From a virus (lineage: Duplodnaviria > Caudoviricetes): a stretch of DNA of 64,000 nucleotides. This document shows, in pieces, positions 48,527-58,782 of the stretch. Numbering within the stretch: the stretch's first letter is position 1; each line of letters begins with the position of its first letter. A model generated the notes under the pieces. The model was not told the origin of the DNA. It was given only the letters and a program-made list of their open reading frames with translations, and searched no databases. Both the position numbers and the translations under genes were made by a program. The stretch spans positions 224,001-288,000 of IMG/VR virus record IMGVR_UViG_3300037067_012889; one strand, 5' to 3'.

Positions 48527-49567
48527 TCACAGTTCTCGTGAGACCTGTGGACGAAAAAATGATTCTGTTATTGGGAGCATCGCACGATATGTCTCATTAC
48601 AAGCACCGCATTGGATCTCGATCATCGTCTCAATGCTTGGTGTATTATCAGATAACCATTCCCTAATCACAGCAATATCGGTTGACTGCATTTTGTTGAC
48701 TATATTCCTGATCTTCATTCTATCAGTGCAGCCCATAATATCGACGATTACGGTCTCAATATTTTGAGTTACCAAGTCATCTATAACTATTTCGTCGTGG
48801 CTGTGATCTATAATCTGTTGTGCACGTTCACGCGGCTTTATCTTGGCTCTAGATCCGCCAACTAGCATATTCTTAGCCTTCTTGGCTCTCTGTATACCGT
48901 TCACGTCACGAACACGCAGAAACCTAATACCAGCCGCAATATTCCTACCGGCTTCTTTGCTTAGATATGGTAAAGTAATCTTAAATGGCTCAATACCTAG
49001 CGACTCATCGGCCCATACTATAGTTCCAACAAGTTCATTAAGGTCAATCGTATGTGTTGCGACATTTTGACATTGCTGATTTGGACAAGTCGATGCAAAC
49101 TCATATATGTTTCCGTGGGTAATACCGCGAAGATAATATAATAGATAAACCTGATCGCCAACCAATAAATCTTGAATATCAAAACCGCTTGGGAAGCGAC
49201 AACACTCTTTGAGCATATAATCAATTGACTGTCCTGTTTGTGCCAGCCTAGCGGTAGCTAAAATCTTGTCAATCTTTGCCGACCACGCTCTTACCTCTAC
49301 TACACCAGAGGTCCATCCGTAATAGAGGCCCTTGCTTGGTAAGGTGGTCTCTTCCCATGGAATTAATTGGTCTTGTGATGCCCTCGATATGATGTCTACG
49401 ATATCGAGGTCCGACGTGGCATCACTAATGAGTTTAGATAATTCAGAAGTCTGTCCTTTATCTAATTTCTTCGCTTGCGGTTGCGATTGTGGTGCATGAC
49501 TGCGATTGTCACCAGAAAGATTAACTTCTTCTTCTATGTGATCTGACATAATGTTATCCTTGATCAT
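48527..49567 (-). CDS. Baseplate hub assembly protein (gp26-like) / tail assembly chaperone
   Basis: LPSKGLYY, DLLVGD..YLLYYLRGITHG..Y...CP..C..IDL, C..C..LPITESFFRP. Start may be 49549. Confidence 0.75.
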   Translation of the reverse strand: MIKDNIMSDHIEEEVNLSGDNRSHAPQSQPQAKKLDKGQTSELSKLISDATSDLDIVDIISRASQDQLIPWEETTLPSKGLYYGWTSGVVEVRAWSAKIDKILATARLAQTGQSIDYMLKECCRFPSGFDIQDLLVGDQVYLLYYLRGITHGNIYEFASTCPNQQCQNVATHTIDLNELVGTIVWADESLGIEPFKITLPYLSKEAGRNIAAGIRFLRVRDVNGIQRAKKAKNMLVGGSRAKIKPRERAQQIIDHSHDEIVIDDLVTQNIETVIVDIMGCTDRMKIRNIVNKMQSTDIAVIREWLSDNTPSIETMIEIQCGACNETYRAMLPITESFFRPQVSREL

Positions 49568-49666
49568 GAAATATGGCCTAGAATATATCTACTAAATGAC
49601 AATTCTTCCTATGTGCAATGATGGATATATTTGAGGATCCCATATAGGATCCAAGGTAATTATAGG

Positions 49667-50269
49667 CTAATATATATATGAACTAGATCTTCCGACGTTT
49701 TCGCTTTGGCTAGTCTGACTTGTAGTCTGCCCTTGCGTCTCGTCGTCTTGTAATGCCCAATCATATGCGATAATCACATCAATAACTTTAATTTCTGTCG
49801 CAGTATATGTCAAATCGCCTTCCTTGACTGATTGGGGCCAGCTACCACACAATGTCCATTTTGTAAAAGTTTCAAAATCCAAATCATATACTTTTATTAC
49901 TGAATCTTTCTTATAGTCGGTTGGACTTCTTAGACCGGTCTTCGCACTCCATACTCTATCACGCCAATCCTTAATGATTTGTGATGCCTTATATGAGCTA
50001 ATCACAACATCGTAGAAAGTGATCCGTACGTCTTCCCAGATCACCATCCCGGCATATTTATAAGTAAGAGATGCACCATCTGTAGTCTCTTTCGTGATAG
50101 TGAATGTTGGTAATGTAGCCTCTTTCGCCAATAATTTAGTCGGAAACAGATTGCGCGAATCTTCAAATAGATTAACTATTTCCCATGTGTACGAATATAC
50201 AGGTTTCAGGCTACCATCTGTGGCAGCTACACCGGCACCGACATTATTAGCGACGATGAAACCAGGTAT
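49667..50269 (-). CDS. Tail tube-like protein (gp19 paralog 3) with probable ATA start
   Basis: WEDVRITFYD, W.L.G.WP..V..GDL.Y...I.YDWA. The frame is open upstream of 50131 to ATA-CCT-GGT-TTC behind AAGGAG. Confidence 0.75.
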   Translation of the reverse strand: MPGFIVANNVGAGVAATDGSLKPVYSYTWEIVNLFEDSRNLFPTKLLAKEATLPTFTITKETTDGASLTYKYAGMVIWEDVRITFYDVVISSYKASQIIKDWRDRVWSAKTGLRSPTDYKKDSVIKVYDLDFETFTKWTLCGSWPQSVKEGDLTYTATEIKVIDVIIAYDWALQDDETQGQTTSQTSQSENVGRSSSYIY

Positions 50270-50280
50270 GATATTTCTCC

Positions 50281-50793
50281 TTAAGTCACCGCAACTGCTT
50301 CTTCTGTCGATTTGTCCATTTCAAGCGTAAACGTAACTTCACTTATTCTGGTCGATACATAATCTAACTCATCCGGTGTTATTTGCGACGGCCAACACCC
50401 ATACATTGTATATCTATAAACTGCGGCACCCCTGCCATTCAACATTTCAAGAGTGCACGTATATTTGGTTAGATTGATTACAGACGTAGCAATGTTGACG
50501 ACATTTACTGACCACCATTTACGAATAGTACCGGCTACATCATTATCGATAGACTGATAGAAACTTATATCTATTGGCGACCATTTCTCCTTACCTGGAA
50601 AATAAACACAATCTTGTTGATGGTGCAACGTAGCCTTGTCGATCGTTACCTTTGGCCTACCAGATTTATGTGCATATATTAGTATGTCCTTCAATGGATC
50701 GAGAGTAGCAAATTTCCAACGATGCTGGCGTGCTACTTCTATCTTAGCACTAGGCTGCGTCGTCTGATTATTATTGATATTAAATCCTGGCAC
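50281..50793 (-). CDS. Tail tube-like protein (gp19 paralog 2)
   Basis: MPGF..RQHRW.F..RP..YFPGKEKW..LEML..YGCWP..LDY. Confidence 0.85.
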   Translation of the reverse strand: MPGFNINNNQTTQPSAKIEVARQHRWKFATLDPLKDILIYAHKSGRPKVTIDKATLHHQQDCVYFPGKEKWSPIDISFYQSIDNDVAGTIRKWWSVNVVNIATSVINLTKYTCTLEMLNGRGAAVYRYTMYGCWPSQITPDELDYVSTRISEVTFTLEMDKSTEEAVAVT

Positions 50794-50857
50794 TACTGCA
50801 CCATTGTTAAGAGTTATATTGTAAGTTTGATACAGACCAATTATATACTATAAGCCA

Positions 50858-50890
50858 CGACCCCTACCAATCTTGAATTGGTAGGGGTCG
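50858..50890 (-). terminator. 14-bp stem hairpin, probable terminator after the main tube gene
   Basis: cgacccctaccaat-cttga-attggtaggggtcg. Confidence 0.65.
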
Positions 50891-50912
50891 GTATGTCTGT
50901 GAACTTTTGAAA

Positions 50913-51419
50913 CTAACTCTTCATGGCACGGTCATATCGTAACGTCGCCTCGATCGTTGCGATGTCTGTCGCCGTATAATCGAGGTCACCCCAGTTCACT
51001 TCCTTGGGCCACGCATTGCACATGGTCCAAGTCTCTGTTGTGTTACCAGCAGCACCAATCATTTCGAGTGTCGCTTGCTGCTTATAAACAGACGGAGCAT
51101 ATACTATTGCTGTTGGGATGTCAACAACAGTATTCAGCCAAGCATATATCGTAGCAGAAATGTCTGGATCTTGCTCGACATCATACCACTTCATGCTGAC
51201 CGGTTCCCAAGTCTGCTTACCGGCAAAGTAAGCAACTTCCTGGTCATGGTGCATTTCTGGTTCTGCGAACTTGAAATTTGGTCGTGATGCCGACTGCAAC
51301 ACAAGCAATGCAGCAGAACTAATATCGCCTAGGGTCCTAAAGACCCAACGATGTTTTCTGCGGGTTTCTAGATTGGCGGCTGGGCCATTACCTGATCCAC
51401 AAATATTAAATCCTGGCAC
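50913..51419 (-). CDS. Tail tube protein (gp19-like, probable major tube subunit)
   Basis: RRKHRWVF, ASRP, YFAGKQTW, YKQQATLEM, NAWPKEVNWGDLDY..I.ATLRYD; strong AGGAGG SD. Confidence 0.9.
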   Translation of the reverse strand: MPGFNICGSGNGPAANLETRRKHRWVFRTLGDISSAALLVLQSASRPNFKFAEPEMHHDQEVAYFAGKQTWEPVSMKWYDVEQDPDISATIYAWLNTVVDIPTAIVYAPSVYKQQATLEMIGAAGNTTETWTMCNAWPKEVNWGDLDYTATDIATIEATLRYDRAMKS

Positions 51420-51536
51420 TAAACCCTCCTTCGAGGCTCATCGGACCACCAAATTGATGGGTATCCTCGGTATAATTTTAATGTTTGTGGAAATGTATTT
51501 CACCATTGGACATCCATTTTCACCATCAGGTGCATT

Positions 51537-52544
51537 ATGAAAGATCGCAAAGTCGAATATCATCTCCAGCGCCGACATCGTATCTCCAATAACTTATGTT
51601 TGATGTGTGGCGGTCCCCGCGATTCAGAAAAGTCATCCTGCTCTAAATGTCTTACTAGAAGAAGCGAACGCCGCAAGGCTGCTCGTAAAGCCAGACAAGC
51701 TATTGGCATTTGCTTGTGTGGCCGAACAATTTCAAAAGGGAAGATGTGCGACAGATGCAAAGAAAAGGGCAAAAAGGAAAGAGTGACACACGATAAACGC
51801 CGGATTGCTAAAGGGCTTTGCCCGAGATGTGGTAAAGCTCCGCTTCCTGGTAAGATTTATTGTGCTGCTCACGTTACTTATCAGACGTCGGCTGTCATGA
51901 AACGCTATAATTATCGCAGACTAAATAATCAATGCACTGTTTGTGGTAACAATTTGGTTATTGGAGAATCAGTACGTTGCAAATCTTGCAACGATATCCA
52001 TGTGGAGGCTAGCAGGCGCAAATGGCACAGAGATCGAAAGAAAGTTTTAGACCATTATGGCGCAAGGTGTATGTGCTGCGGCGAAACAACTTATGAATTC
52101 TTGGAGGTAGACCACATTAATGGCGACGGTAAGCAACATCGTCAAATAGTTGGTAGCCATATGATGAGCTGGATTGTAAGACATAAATTCCCAGCAGATT
52201 TTAGGATATTATGTGCTAATTGTAATCGTGGTGTTGCGCATTATAAAGTATGTCCACATAACAAAGCAGTTATACCATATAGTAAAAAACATAAGACGCG
52301 GCTAAAAGTTATTTCCCACTACGGTAGCAAATGCGTTTGTTGTGGTGAATCGAATTGGGCTTTTCTAGAATTCGATCATATCAACAATGATGGTAATATC
52401 CATAGAAGAGACGTGAAAATTAATGCTGCGTGGATTATCGCAAATGACTATCCAGACTACTTACAGTTGTTATGTGCAAATTGTAATAAAGCTAAAGGGC
52501 TTTATGGTAAATGTCCACATAACAATCTCACAAGCAATCAATAG
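51537..52544 (+). CDS. HNH endonuclease with tandem HNH domains and N-terminal Cys repeats
   Basis: Two copies of HYG..C.CCGE...FLE.DHIN.DG..HR...LCANCN...CPHN. Confidence 0.85.
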   Translation: MKDRKVEYHLQRRHRISNNLCLMCGGPRDSEKSSCSKCLTRRSERRKAARKARQAIGICLCGRTISKGKMCDRCKEKGKKERVTHDKRRIAKGLCPRCGKAPLPGKIYCAAHVTYQTSAVMKRYNYRRLNNQCTVCGNNLVIGESVRCKSCNDIHVEASRRKWHRDRKKVLDHYGARCMCCGETTYEFLEVDHINGDGKQHRQIVGSHMMSWIVRHKFPADFRILCANCNRGVAHYKVCPHNKAVIPYSKKHKTRLKVISHYGSKCVCCGESNWAFLEFDHINNDGNIHRRDVKINAAWIIANDYPDYLQLLCANCNKAKGLYGKCPHNNLTSNQ

Positions 52545-52649
52545 ATTATCGATATTTTTGGTGAGCCGGTCGTAGAGAGCCATCTGACAAGTATTTTAAG
52601 AAAGGTTAAATTAACCTTCACGAAATCTTCACGAGCAAGGAGAAGAATT

Positions 52650-53048
52650 ATGGAACGTGAACCCATCTATTGGAGTCCAAAATACAAAGCATTCCTGGAA
52701 TCTTTTGTTGAGTCTAGCAGCTTTCCAAAGATGACTAAAGCCGCAGCAGTTTTCAACGTGATGACAACAACACCACGCCCAAGTGATCCGGAGATGACGA
52801 TGTTAGATCAGGCTATTGTTTGCGACAAACTGCATGATGGCGAGCCAGCCGTCATCTACCACGAATTAGAGAAGCGCTGGCCTGATTTCTTTGCTGGTAT
52901 ACCAATTAAGCAGGGCGGTAGGCTTACAGATACCATAAAAGGTCAATTTATCAGTCGGTTCATAACTATCTATTTATATGGCGGCATATCTAGATATATA
53001 AAGGAAAAGCGTCGCAAACATCAAGCTGATGTTATGGCTATATCCTAA
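52650..53048 (+). CDS. Hypothetical protein
   Basis: AAGGAG SD; 132 aa. Confidence 0.65.
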   Translation: MEREPIYWSPKYKAFLESFVESSSFPKMTKAAAVFNVMTTTPRPSDPEMTMLDQAIVCDKLHDGEPAVIYHELEKRWPDFFAGIPIKQGGRLTDTIKGQFISRFITIYLYGGISRYIKEKRRKHQADVMAIS

Positions 53049-53086
53049 ATATGACAGAGGCCAGCTTTCGCTGGCCTCTGTCATAT
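53049..53086. terminator. 17-bp stem hairpin between convergent genes (probable bidirectional terminator)
   Basis: atatgacagaggccagc-tttc-gctggcctctgtcatat. Confidence 0.75.
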
Positions 53087-53100
53087 AACTGATAATAGAA

Positions 53101-55974
53101 CTATCTACCGCTAGTCACAACGCCACCAGCAGCCAAGATTTCCTCAGAACTAAAGGAAGCCGAAGACTGCATCACGACGAGGTTAAGTACGATGAACTCA
53201 ATCGTCCGAGTTGGCTTGATGAAAATCGACACCCACAATTGATTGAGATCTCGTCTTGCAGCTGTATTATTCGTCTCATCGCAAATCACATTGTAAGCAT
53301 CAATTCCGCGTCGTGCTTGGATATCTGCCATGAATGGATTAATGAGAGTTCGAACCTGAGCCCATGTCGTAGAATCATTTGGTTCAAAAACAAATGATCG
53401 AAGTGTCTCGACCAAGTTCTTTTTAAGGTAAATGAGCAACATACGTACATTGACTCTATCGAGTGCCGTGTCCGTGCGCTGTAATGTACGCTGGCCGAAG
53501 ACCACAATACCATCCTTCGGGAATGATACTAGTGGATTGACGGCATTGCCACTACCATACAACAAGTCACGTTCACCCTGGCTAGGATTATATTCTACAG
53601 CCAACGGTGTTGTCAAAACACCACGGTTGATGCCAGCCGGAGCATACCATTGCTCTGCAACGTTTGCAGTCTTGGCGAAAACACCGGCAACATAACCAGA
53701 AGGCGGAACCCAAATGTTCTGCTTGCTGAACTGATCATAAATTTCGAGCCAGCTCCAGTACAAAGCACCATAGCTGCTGTTAATCGCGTGCGACAAGTCG
53801 GAAAGCAACATCCCATTATGCCAATCAACCACTTGCTGCGGCCTAAGACCGAATGGAGGATCGACTATGAACAGTGCATCACCGCGACTCTCACACAATT
53901 GCAATCCCTGACCAATAACAGCACCAGATGTCATGCCAGGAATAACCAGCAGGTTGATATCGTATGTCTCGGAATTCTGTACACCATACATGCCGCTCGA
54001 TTCTTCCGCATTGCCGATGATGGCGGCATCTAGTTCGCTAGAATATGCCGGATCAGTCGGAATGCCGTTAGCACCACCGCTGAATGCGTGTTTCGAGAGT
54101 TGGGCTGGTTGACGAACCTCGTAAGTGCTTACATCCGATTCATCATTATTAAGGAATGCTGGACGATCTTCCCAGTTGATGAAGTCGTTTCCGTTCGTCC
54201 CACCATATGTTGTACCTGGATTCAAGACATTACCGATATATCGAGCATCAGTCTTATCAAAACTGATGTTTTGAATATTATCGGCAGTAGCACCGTCTGG
54301 ATCTGTGATGACTATTTGATATCGCGCGGCAGCATTACCTGCGATCTGCGTCTGCAACGACAGCGTCAACGTGTAATCATCAAGCCATGTTCCGGCACTC
54401 GTAGCCACAAACCACCCAACAATGCCTTGGAAATATGCAGTGTCCAATGCACAATCGGGACCACTCGGATCTGTCTCGCATGACAGTGGGACAGACGGAG
54501 TTATTTCGCCAGTAGCGGGCAACGACACGCGGCTGTCATAGAACCCGCGATAGGCTTTGGTATAAGGAGAGAGGATTCCAACCTCCTCGGCAAACGTCAA
54601 CGTCTTTAGATTGGAGTAATTAGCCTTTAAATATAGCTGATCTAATTTATGCGATGCAGACGTCGTGCTACCGGCTACAATAACAATATGCGGGATGCCG
54701 CCAGGAGCTGTTATTGCAAACGATGTGAAATATGTGTCGCCAGCATAGATCCCGTTGCCATTGATTGCGGCTGCGAGTGTTGCAGCTGTCAAATTCGTTC
54801 CAGTTGGTATAGTGAAATTGAAGCTCACCGTATCACTTCTATCTGCCGGAATGACATCGATCGCAACACGGTTGCTCTGGCTGTTAATAAAGAATGGTTC
54901 TGCGTCAGACCCGTACAGATAACTGCGTGGAATATCGTACGAGTACTGTGGTAGCGTACCACCTCCGACTTCCTCAGCAAAAGCACATGTTCCAACAAGT
55001 TGGATACGATCACCAGCTACTTTTGTGCGGAATTCTGGATAATCTACACCATTCGTCGTTATGACCACGGCGGCATAATCTTCGACTGCAATGAGTGCGT
55101 TAATCGCAACAATGAGATCGTCGGCCGAAGTATATGTCGCAGCGGCCATCGTATATGTGCCGCCGACACCATTGACCTGGACTTCAAACTCTCTGTTGTT
55201 CGGTCTGGCTGTGAAAGAGAACATGTCGTTCGTATCTAACCGGCCATCAGTAACAAGAATGTTACAAACGAGACCGTCACCGATATCGATATTATCGCTC
55301 GTACCAGCAATTTTCTCGGTCAATGTACCGCTAACCATCATCGCGTTATCAGATGCGCGATATAGCTTAAAAGTCGCACCTTCGATAGCAAATCCGTCAT
55401 CAGACTTACCAGTGATAAACAACGAGTAAACGTCATCCGAACAACCGGTATAGTCGTCGCTCAAATCGGTTTGGCCAGTGAACTGCAACGTCGCAGCAGT
55501 TGGGCCATCAGTGATCGACACACTAACATCGGTATATGTGATATCTTCAACACCGGCGTCGTGAAATACGACTGGCGAAGTTGAAGATACAGCTCGCATA
55601 ACCAACTCACCATAATCAATACCGGTGAAAATCGGTATGCGGTTCCAGCCATTGATTCGATCCCCAGAGGTATCGATACAAACAGCACTTAGCTCGTCCG
55701 CCTGCCCGTCCTGGCATTCAATGCCAACACGAATGACATATGCTTGGTTGCTTTCCTCTAAGTAGGCAAGCACGGCATACATCAAATAGCTCTCAACAAA
55801 CGGCTCGCCAAATATGTCAATTGCTTGCTGGGCACCACTCACAAAAATCGGAGTGTTCATAGGCCCTTTTTTGGCCGTGCCAACAAATGCCGCACGTAGC
55901 GGCCCGGTATTGCCGGTGACTGCACTAAGGTCTATTTCCCTTGGATAAACACCAGGGCTCAGATATGTGGGCAT
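53101..55974 (-). CDS. Tail sheath protein (gp18-like)
   Basis: YLSPGVYPREIDLS, VPPSG, WYAPAGINRG, RDLLY..VNP, VFGQRT, RVNVR, FEPND..T. Confidence 0.96.
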   Translation of the reverse strand: MPTYLSPGVYPREIDLSAVTGNTGPLRAAFVGTAKKGPMNTPIFVSGAQQAIDIFGEPFVESYLMYAVLAYLEESNQAYVIRVGIECQDGQADELSAVCIDTSGDRINGWNRIPIFTGIDYGELVMRAVSSTSPVVFHDAGVEDITYTDVSVSITDGPTAATLQFTGQTDLSDDYTGCSDDVYSLFITGKSDDGFAIEGATFKLYRASDNAMMVSGTLTEKIAGTSDNIDIGDGLVCNILVTDGRLDTNDMFSFTARPNNREFEVQVNGVGGTYTMAAATYTSADDLIVAINALIAVEDYAAVVITTNGVDYPEFRTKVAGDRIQLVGTCAFAEEVGGGTLPQYSYDIPRSYLYGSDAEPFFINSQSNRVAIDVIPADRSDTVSFNFTIPTGTNLTAATLAAAINGNGIYAGDTYFTSFAITAPGGIPHIVIVAGSTTSASHKLDQLYLKANYSNLKTLTFAEEVGILSPYTKAYRGFYDSRVSLPATGEITPSVPLSCETDPSGPDCALDTAYFQGIVGWFVATSAGTWLDDYTLTLSLQTQIAGNAAARYQIVITDPDGATADNIQNISFDKTDARYIGNVLNPGTTYGGTNGNDFINWEDRPAFLNNDESDVSTYEVRQPAQLSKHAFSGGANGIPTDPAYSSELDAAIIGNAEESSGMYGVQNSETYDINLLVIPGMTSGAVIGQGLQLCESRGDALFIVDPPFGLRPQQVVDWHNGMLLSDLSHAINSSYGALYWSWLEIYDQFSKQNIWVPPSGYVAGVFAKTANVAEQWYAPAGINRGVLTTPLAVEYNPSQGERDLLYGSGNAVNPLVSFPKDGIVVFGQRTLQRTDTALDRVNVRMLLIYLKKNLVETLRSFVFEPNDSTTWAQVRTLINPFMADIQARRGIDAYNVICDETNNTAARRDLNQLWVSIFIKPTRTIEFIVLNLVVMQSSASFSSEEILAAGGVVTSGR

Positions 55975-56128
55975 TGTTGATCTCCGTTGTCTAATAACCG
56001 AACTATGATAAATTTGCCGACAACCGCAAGAAACGCGGCAAATCTCAATTTCTCTTTATCGATTATGCATTACAAAACCGATAGGTATTCTTCTATATAT
56101 TTAGTTCGATATATATGGCGACCAACAA

Positions 56129-56392
56129 TTATACTATATTGTTATTATTAGAGTTATCAGATTTCTCACTATCATGCAAGATCTTTATGATTCGCTTCGA
56201 TGTCAAGTTAGAGATCTGCGATTCATTTAAGAAGCTCTTAGGTAAACGGACAGTCTTTCCTGGATTCAGATAGATAGTTTGCTCGTGTAGAAAAAAGTCG
56301 CCAGCAGGTGGCCTGACAGAAATAGGAACCATTTGCTTACTACAATTGTAAATCTGTACAACATAATTGTGCTCTTTAATATTCTGTTTCAT
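56129..56392 (-). CDS. Hypothetical protein
   Basis: AAGGTGG SD; AGTAAATA upstream. Confidence 0.6.
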   Translation of the reverse strand: MKQNIKEHNYVVQIYNCSKQMVPISVRPPAGDFFLHEQTIYLNPGKTVRLPKSFLNESQISNLTSKRIIKILHDSEKSDNSNNNNIV

Positions 56393-56450
56393 AAACCACC
56401 TTAATCGCTAGATGTTAATATTAGCCATAGAGGTATTTACTTCTCAAATA

Positions 56451-57299
56451 TCACGATTCAATAAACAATCTAGTTGTATCGCCACGTCCAACTGCCAGTG
56501 TGTTATTCGAAATAGATTCCTTTATAGCTGTGACGTGGCCAAGTATTGTAGGTACTATTAATTCGGGTAACGGCAGCCAAGCTTCGGCTGTCATCGAAAA
56601 TTCATATCGCGTTTTAGCCTTTTGATCGAAACCGGCTTCTTTTTCACTGGCATCGGTCGATCCATCATATCTAAGCTGCACACTACCTCGTAAATGTTGA
56701 TCGCACATAACAAATTCAGCTAACGGATTAAATCGCGGCAAAATCTGTTCAAGAGCATAATCAGCATCTCTCTTCCAAGAAGCCCATACTGTTAAAGTAT
56801 ACTTAACCAAGAATGGAACCGGCCTTCTGACCAAAGCGACACGGTCCATTCTACTACTTGTATATCTTCTAGCCATTGGTAGCATCGGTGTACTAAACTT
56901 CTGCGGGTTAAATTCATGGCTAATTCTACTAATAGCCGCGACAGGTAATTTTACTCTGCCATCTTTCAGTTGATCGCGCCATATGAGGATGCTCTTATCA
57001 CCACCAGCTATCTTAACTCTCATGAACCGATATGCATCTTTTGTTGGTATCCTGATCCCGGACCAATAAGTTTTCATGGCTTCGTCAAGGGCACGAAAGC
57101 CTGGCATTATAAATTCTTGAATAAACTCGGGCTGCGTCCCGAGAGGATCACCAAGCTTAGAACGACCTCCTTGAACATCGCTACTCTGTGCTACACCTGT
57201 CGGTATTCGATCGATATGTGGGTTAAGCTCAGGACCTGGAACAGGGCGAGATGTGCGGGCTTGTTCTAATACATCATCTTTAAATTCATGGATAGCCAT
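56451..57299 (-). CDS. Tail terminator / sheath stabiliser (gp15-like)
   Basis: LPVAAISR, PVPF..Y.L.VW....DA...EQILPRFNP. Confidence 0.75.
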   Translation of the reverse strand: MAIHEFKDDVLEQARTSRPVPGPELNPHIDRIPTGVAQSSDVQGGRSKLGDPLGTQPEFIQEFIMPGFRALDEAMKTYWSGIRIPTKDAYRFMRVKIAGGDKSILIWRDQLKDGRVKLPVAAISRISHEFNPQKFSTPMLPMARRYTSSRMDRVALVRRPVPFLVKYTLTVWASWKRDADYALEQILPRFNPLAEFVMCDQHLRGSVQLRYDGSTDASEKEAGFDQKAKTRYEFSMTAEAWLPLPELIVPTILGHVTAIKESISNNTLAVGRGDTTRLFIES

Positions 57300-57652
57300 T
57301 ATGTGCCCTGATTCAGTAGTGATACTAAATTATTAGGAATAGAACCACTACAAATTCCTGTTGTGGTGGCACCAATACGATCCATTAAATCTTTGAATTC
57401 CTCTTCTATTCTCGTCCGTTCCAATTTATCAACCCATTCCTCAATCTTCAAAGATATCGACGATCCATTCGGTGTCTGTTTTATTGATACGCTTACAGTA
57501 TCCTTGCTACCCAATTTTTCTAATTCTTTACGAATAGCAGTACGAAAGATATTGCCTACTCTACCAGCCTTAGCTTCTAAGTCGAGGCTAATTTGACCTA
57601 ACAACTCTCGTGGGTCTGAGAACGTCTTCATGACTTCAATCGTTTCATCCAT
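57299..57652 (-). CDS. Hypothetical protein
   Basis: Coupled ORF in the neck operon. Confidence 0.6.
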   Translation of the reverse strand: MDETIEVMKTFSDPRELLGQISLDLEAKAGRVGNIFRTAIRKELEKLGSKDTVSVSIKQTPNGSSISLKIEEWVDKLERTRIEEEFKDLMDRIGATTTGICSGSIPNNLVSLLNQGT

Positions 57653-58250
57653 TCACCTCGTCAGTATAATCATCGATAGTGTGTATCATATCTTGCGCTG
57701 GTCGTATGTTAACATCACCAACTATTAATGTCGTATCACATCTAAGATACAACCATGTATATCTAAAATTACCAACTTCTGATGCATTGTCAATCATGAA
57801 GTACTTAGGGTTCTGTTGCGATTTTGAATCCATCGGAAGTTCTATAAGATCACCTGGGCGGAATAATCTCCTAGGCGAAACACTGACTACTTGCTCAAGT
57901 GCAAATGTGATAACTTGTTTATTAGCACAATCGACACCCCATTGCATTAACTCATATTCCATTGGATTAGGAACAAAAAATCCTTTAAGATGCAATGGAC
58001 TCCAATATGTCGGGTCTGCATCTTCATCGAAAACTTTATCGTGATCCATATTATTTGTGCGGCGGTGTATCACTACAGCCGCACCATCTACTTGGATCAT
58101 CTCCAATGCTACTTTCTTAGCTAATGCTATGTCTGGTGAATCTACATCATATACTTGATATAATGGATTACTTTGTTCGACATCACTGCGGAAGTCTGCT
58201 AAGCCAGGTGTTGCTGGTGTTCCATCGAGAGTACTAAAATTATAAATCAT
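57645..58250 (-). CDS. Neck / head-closure protein (gp14-like)
   Basis: E.IQ..G..V, D.VF.ED, L..WG.D, RPGDLI.LP pattern, plus position. Confidence 0.65.
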   Translation of the reverse strand: MIYNFSTLDGTPATPGLADFRSDVEQSNPLYQVYDVDSPDIALAKKVALEMIQVDGAAVVIHRRTNNMDHDKVFDEDADPTYWSPLHLKGFFVPNPMEYELMQWGVDCANKQVITFALEQVVSVSPRRLFRPGDLIELPMDSKSQQNPKYFMIDNASEVGNFRYTWLYLRCDTTLIVGDVNIRPAQDMIHTIDDYTDEVNG

Positions 58251-58257
58251 AAGTTAC

Positions 58258-58782
58258 TCACATTGATAAAGGAATATCATCGACAGGACTGTCTCGTGGA
58301 TCATTACCATAATAGTATGGACCAAACAATAATGATGGAGTGATTCCAAAAATTTCACCTTCTGGAACATATCGTTTTACAGGCGGAGGCATTTGTTCTT
58401 GGAAATTCTTCGTCGATGGGCACCAACCTTGATTCAAAACGGCGCAATCCGGTGGCTGCCGTGGCATTTCTTCATTTCCGCCAAGACTACGAAGAATACT
58501 ATAATAATCGGGCATTGGCGTACATGGGCAATTTATATAATATGGGGGCAGTACGAACCATTTCTTACTAGATCCATTTGATTGCCCATTATTTATTTGC
58601 CATTCTATGGTAGAACCGGGAATGGCAGCCAACGCAACGGATAATTTTACATATGTGCTCTTGCAATTACGGAGAAAAGAAAGACTTGAAGTAGTAAAGG
58701 ATGCCTCTGGTTCGCATCCCGGAATAGCTACACTATCTTGCCCGACCACTTCAAGCTTATTAGCTATGTAGATCTGTCGCAT
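58258..58782 (-). CDS. Hypothetical Pro-rich protein
   Basis: 174-aa ORF whose start is overlapped by the end of fusion copy 3. Confidence 0.55.
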   Translation of the reverse strand: MRQIYIANKLEVVGQDSVAIPGCEPEASFTTSSLSFLRNCKSTYVKLSVALAAIPGSTIEWQINNGQSNGSSKKWFVLPPYYINCPCTPMPDYYSILRSLGGNEEMPRQPPDCAVLNQGWCPSTKNFQEQMPPPVKRYVPEGEIFGITPSLLFGPYYYGNDPRDSPVDDIPLSM

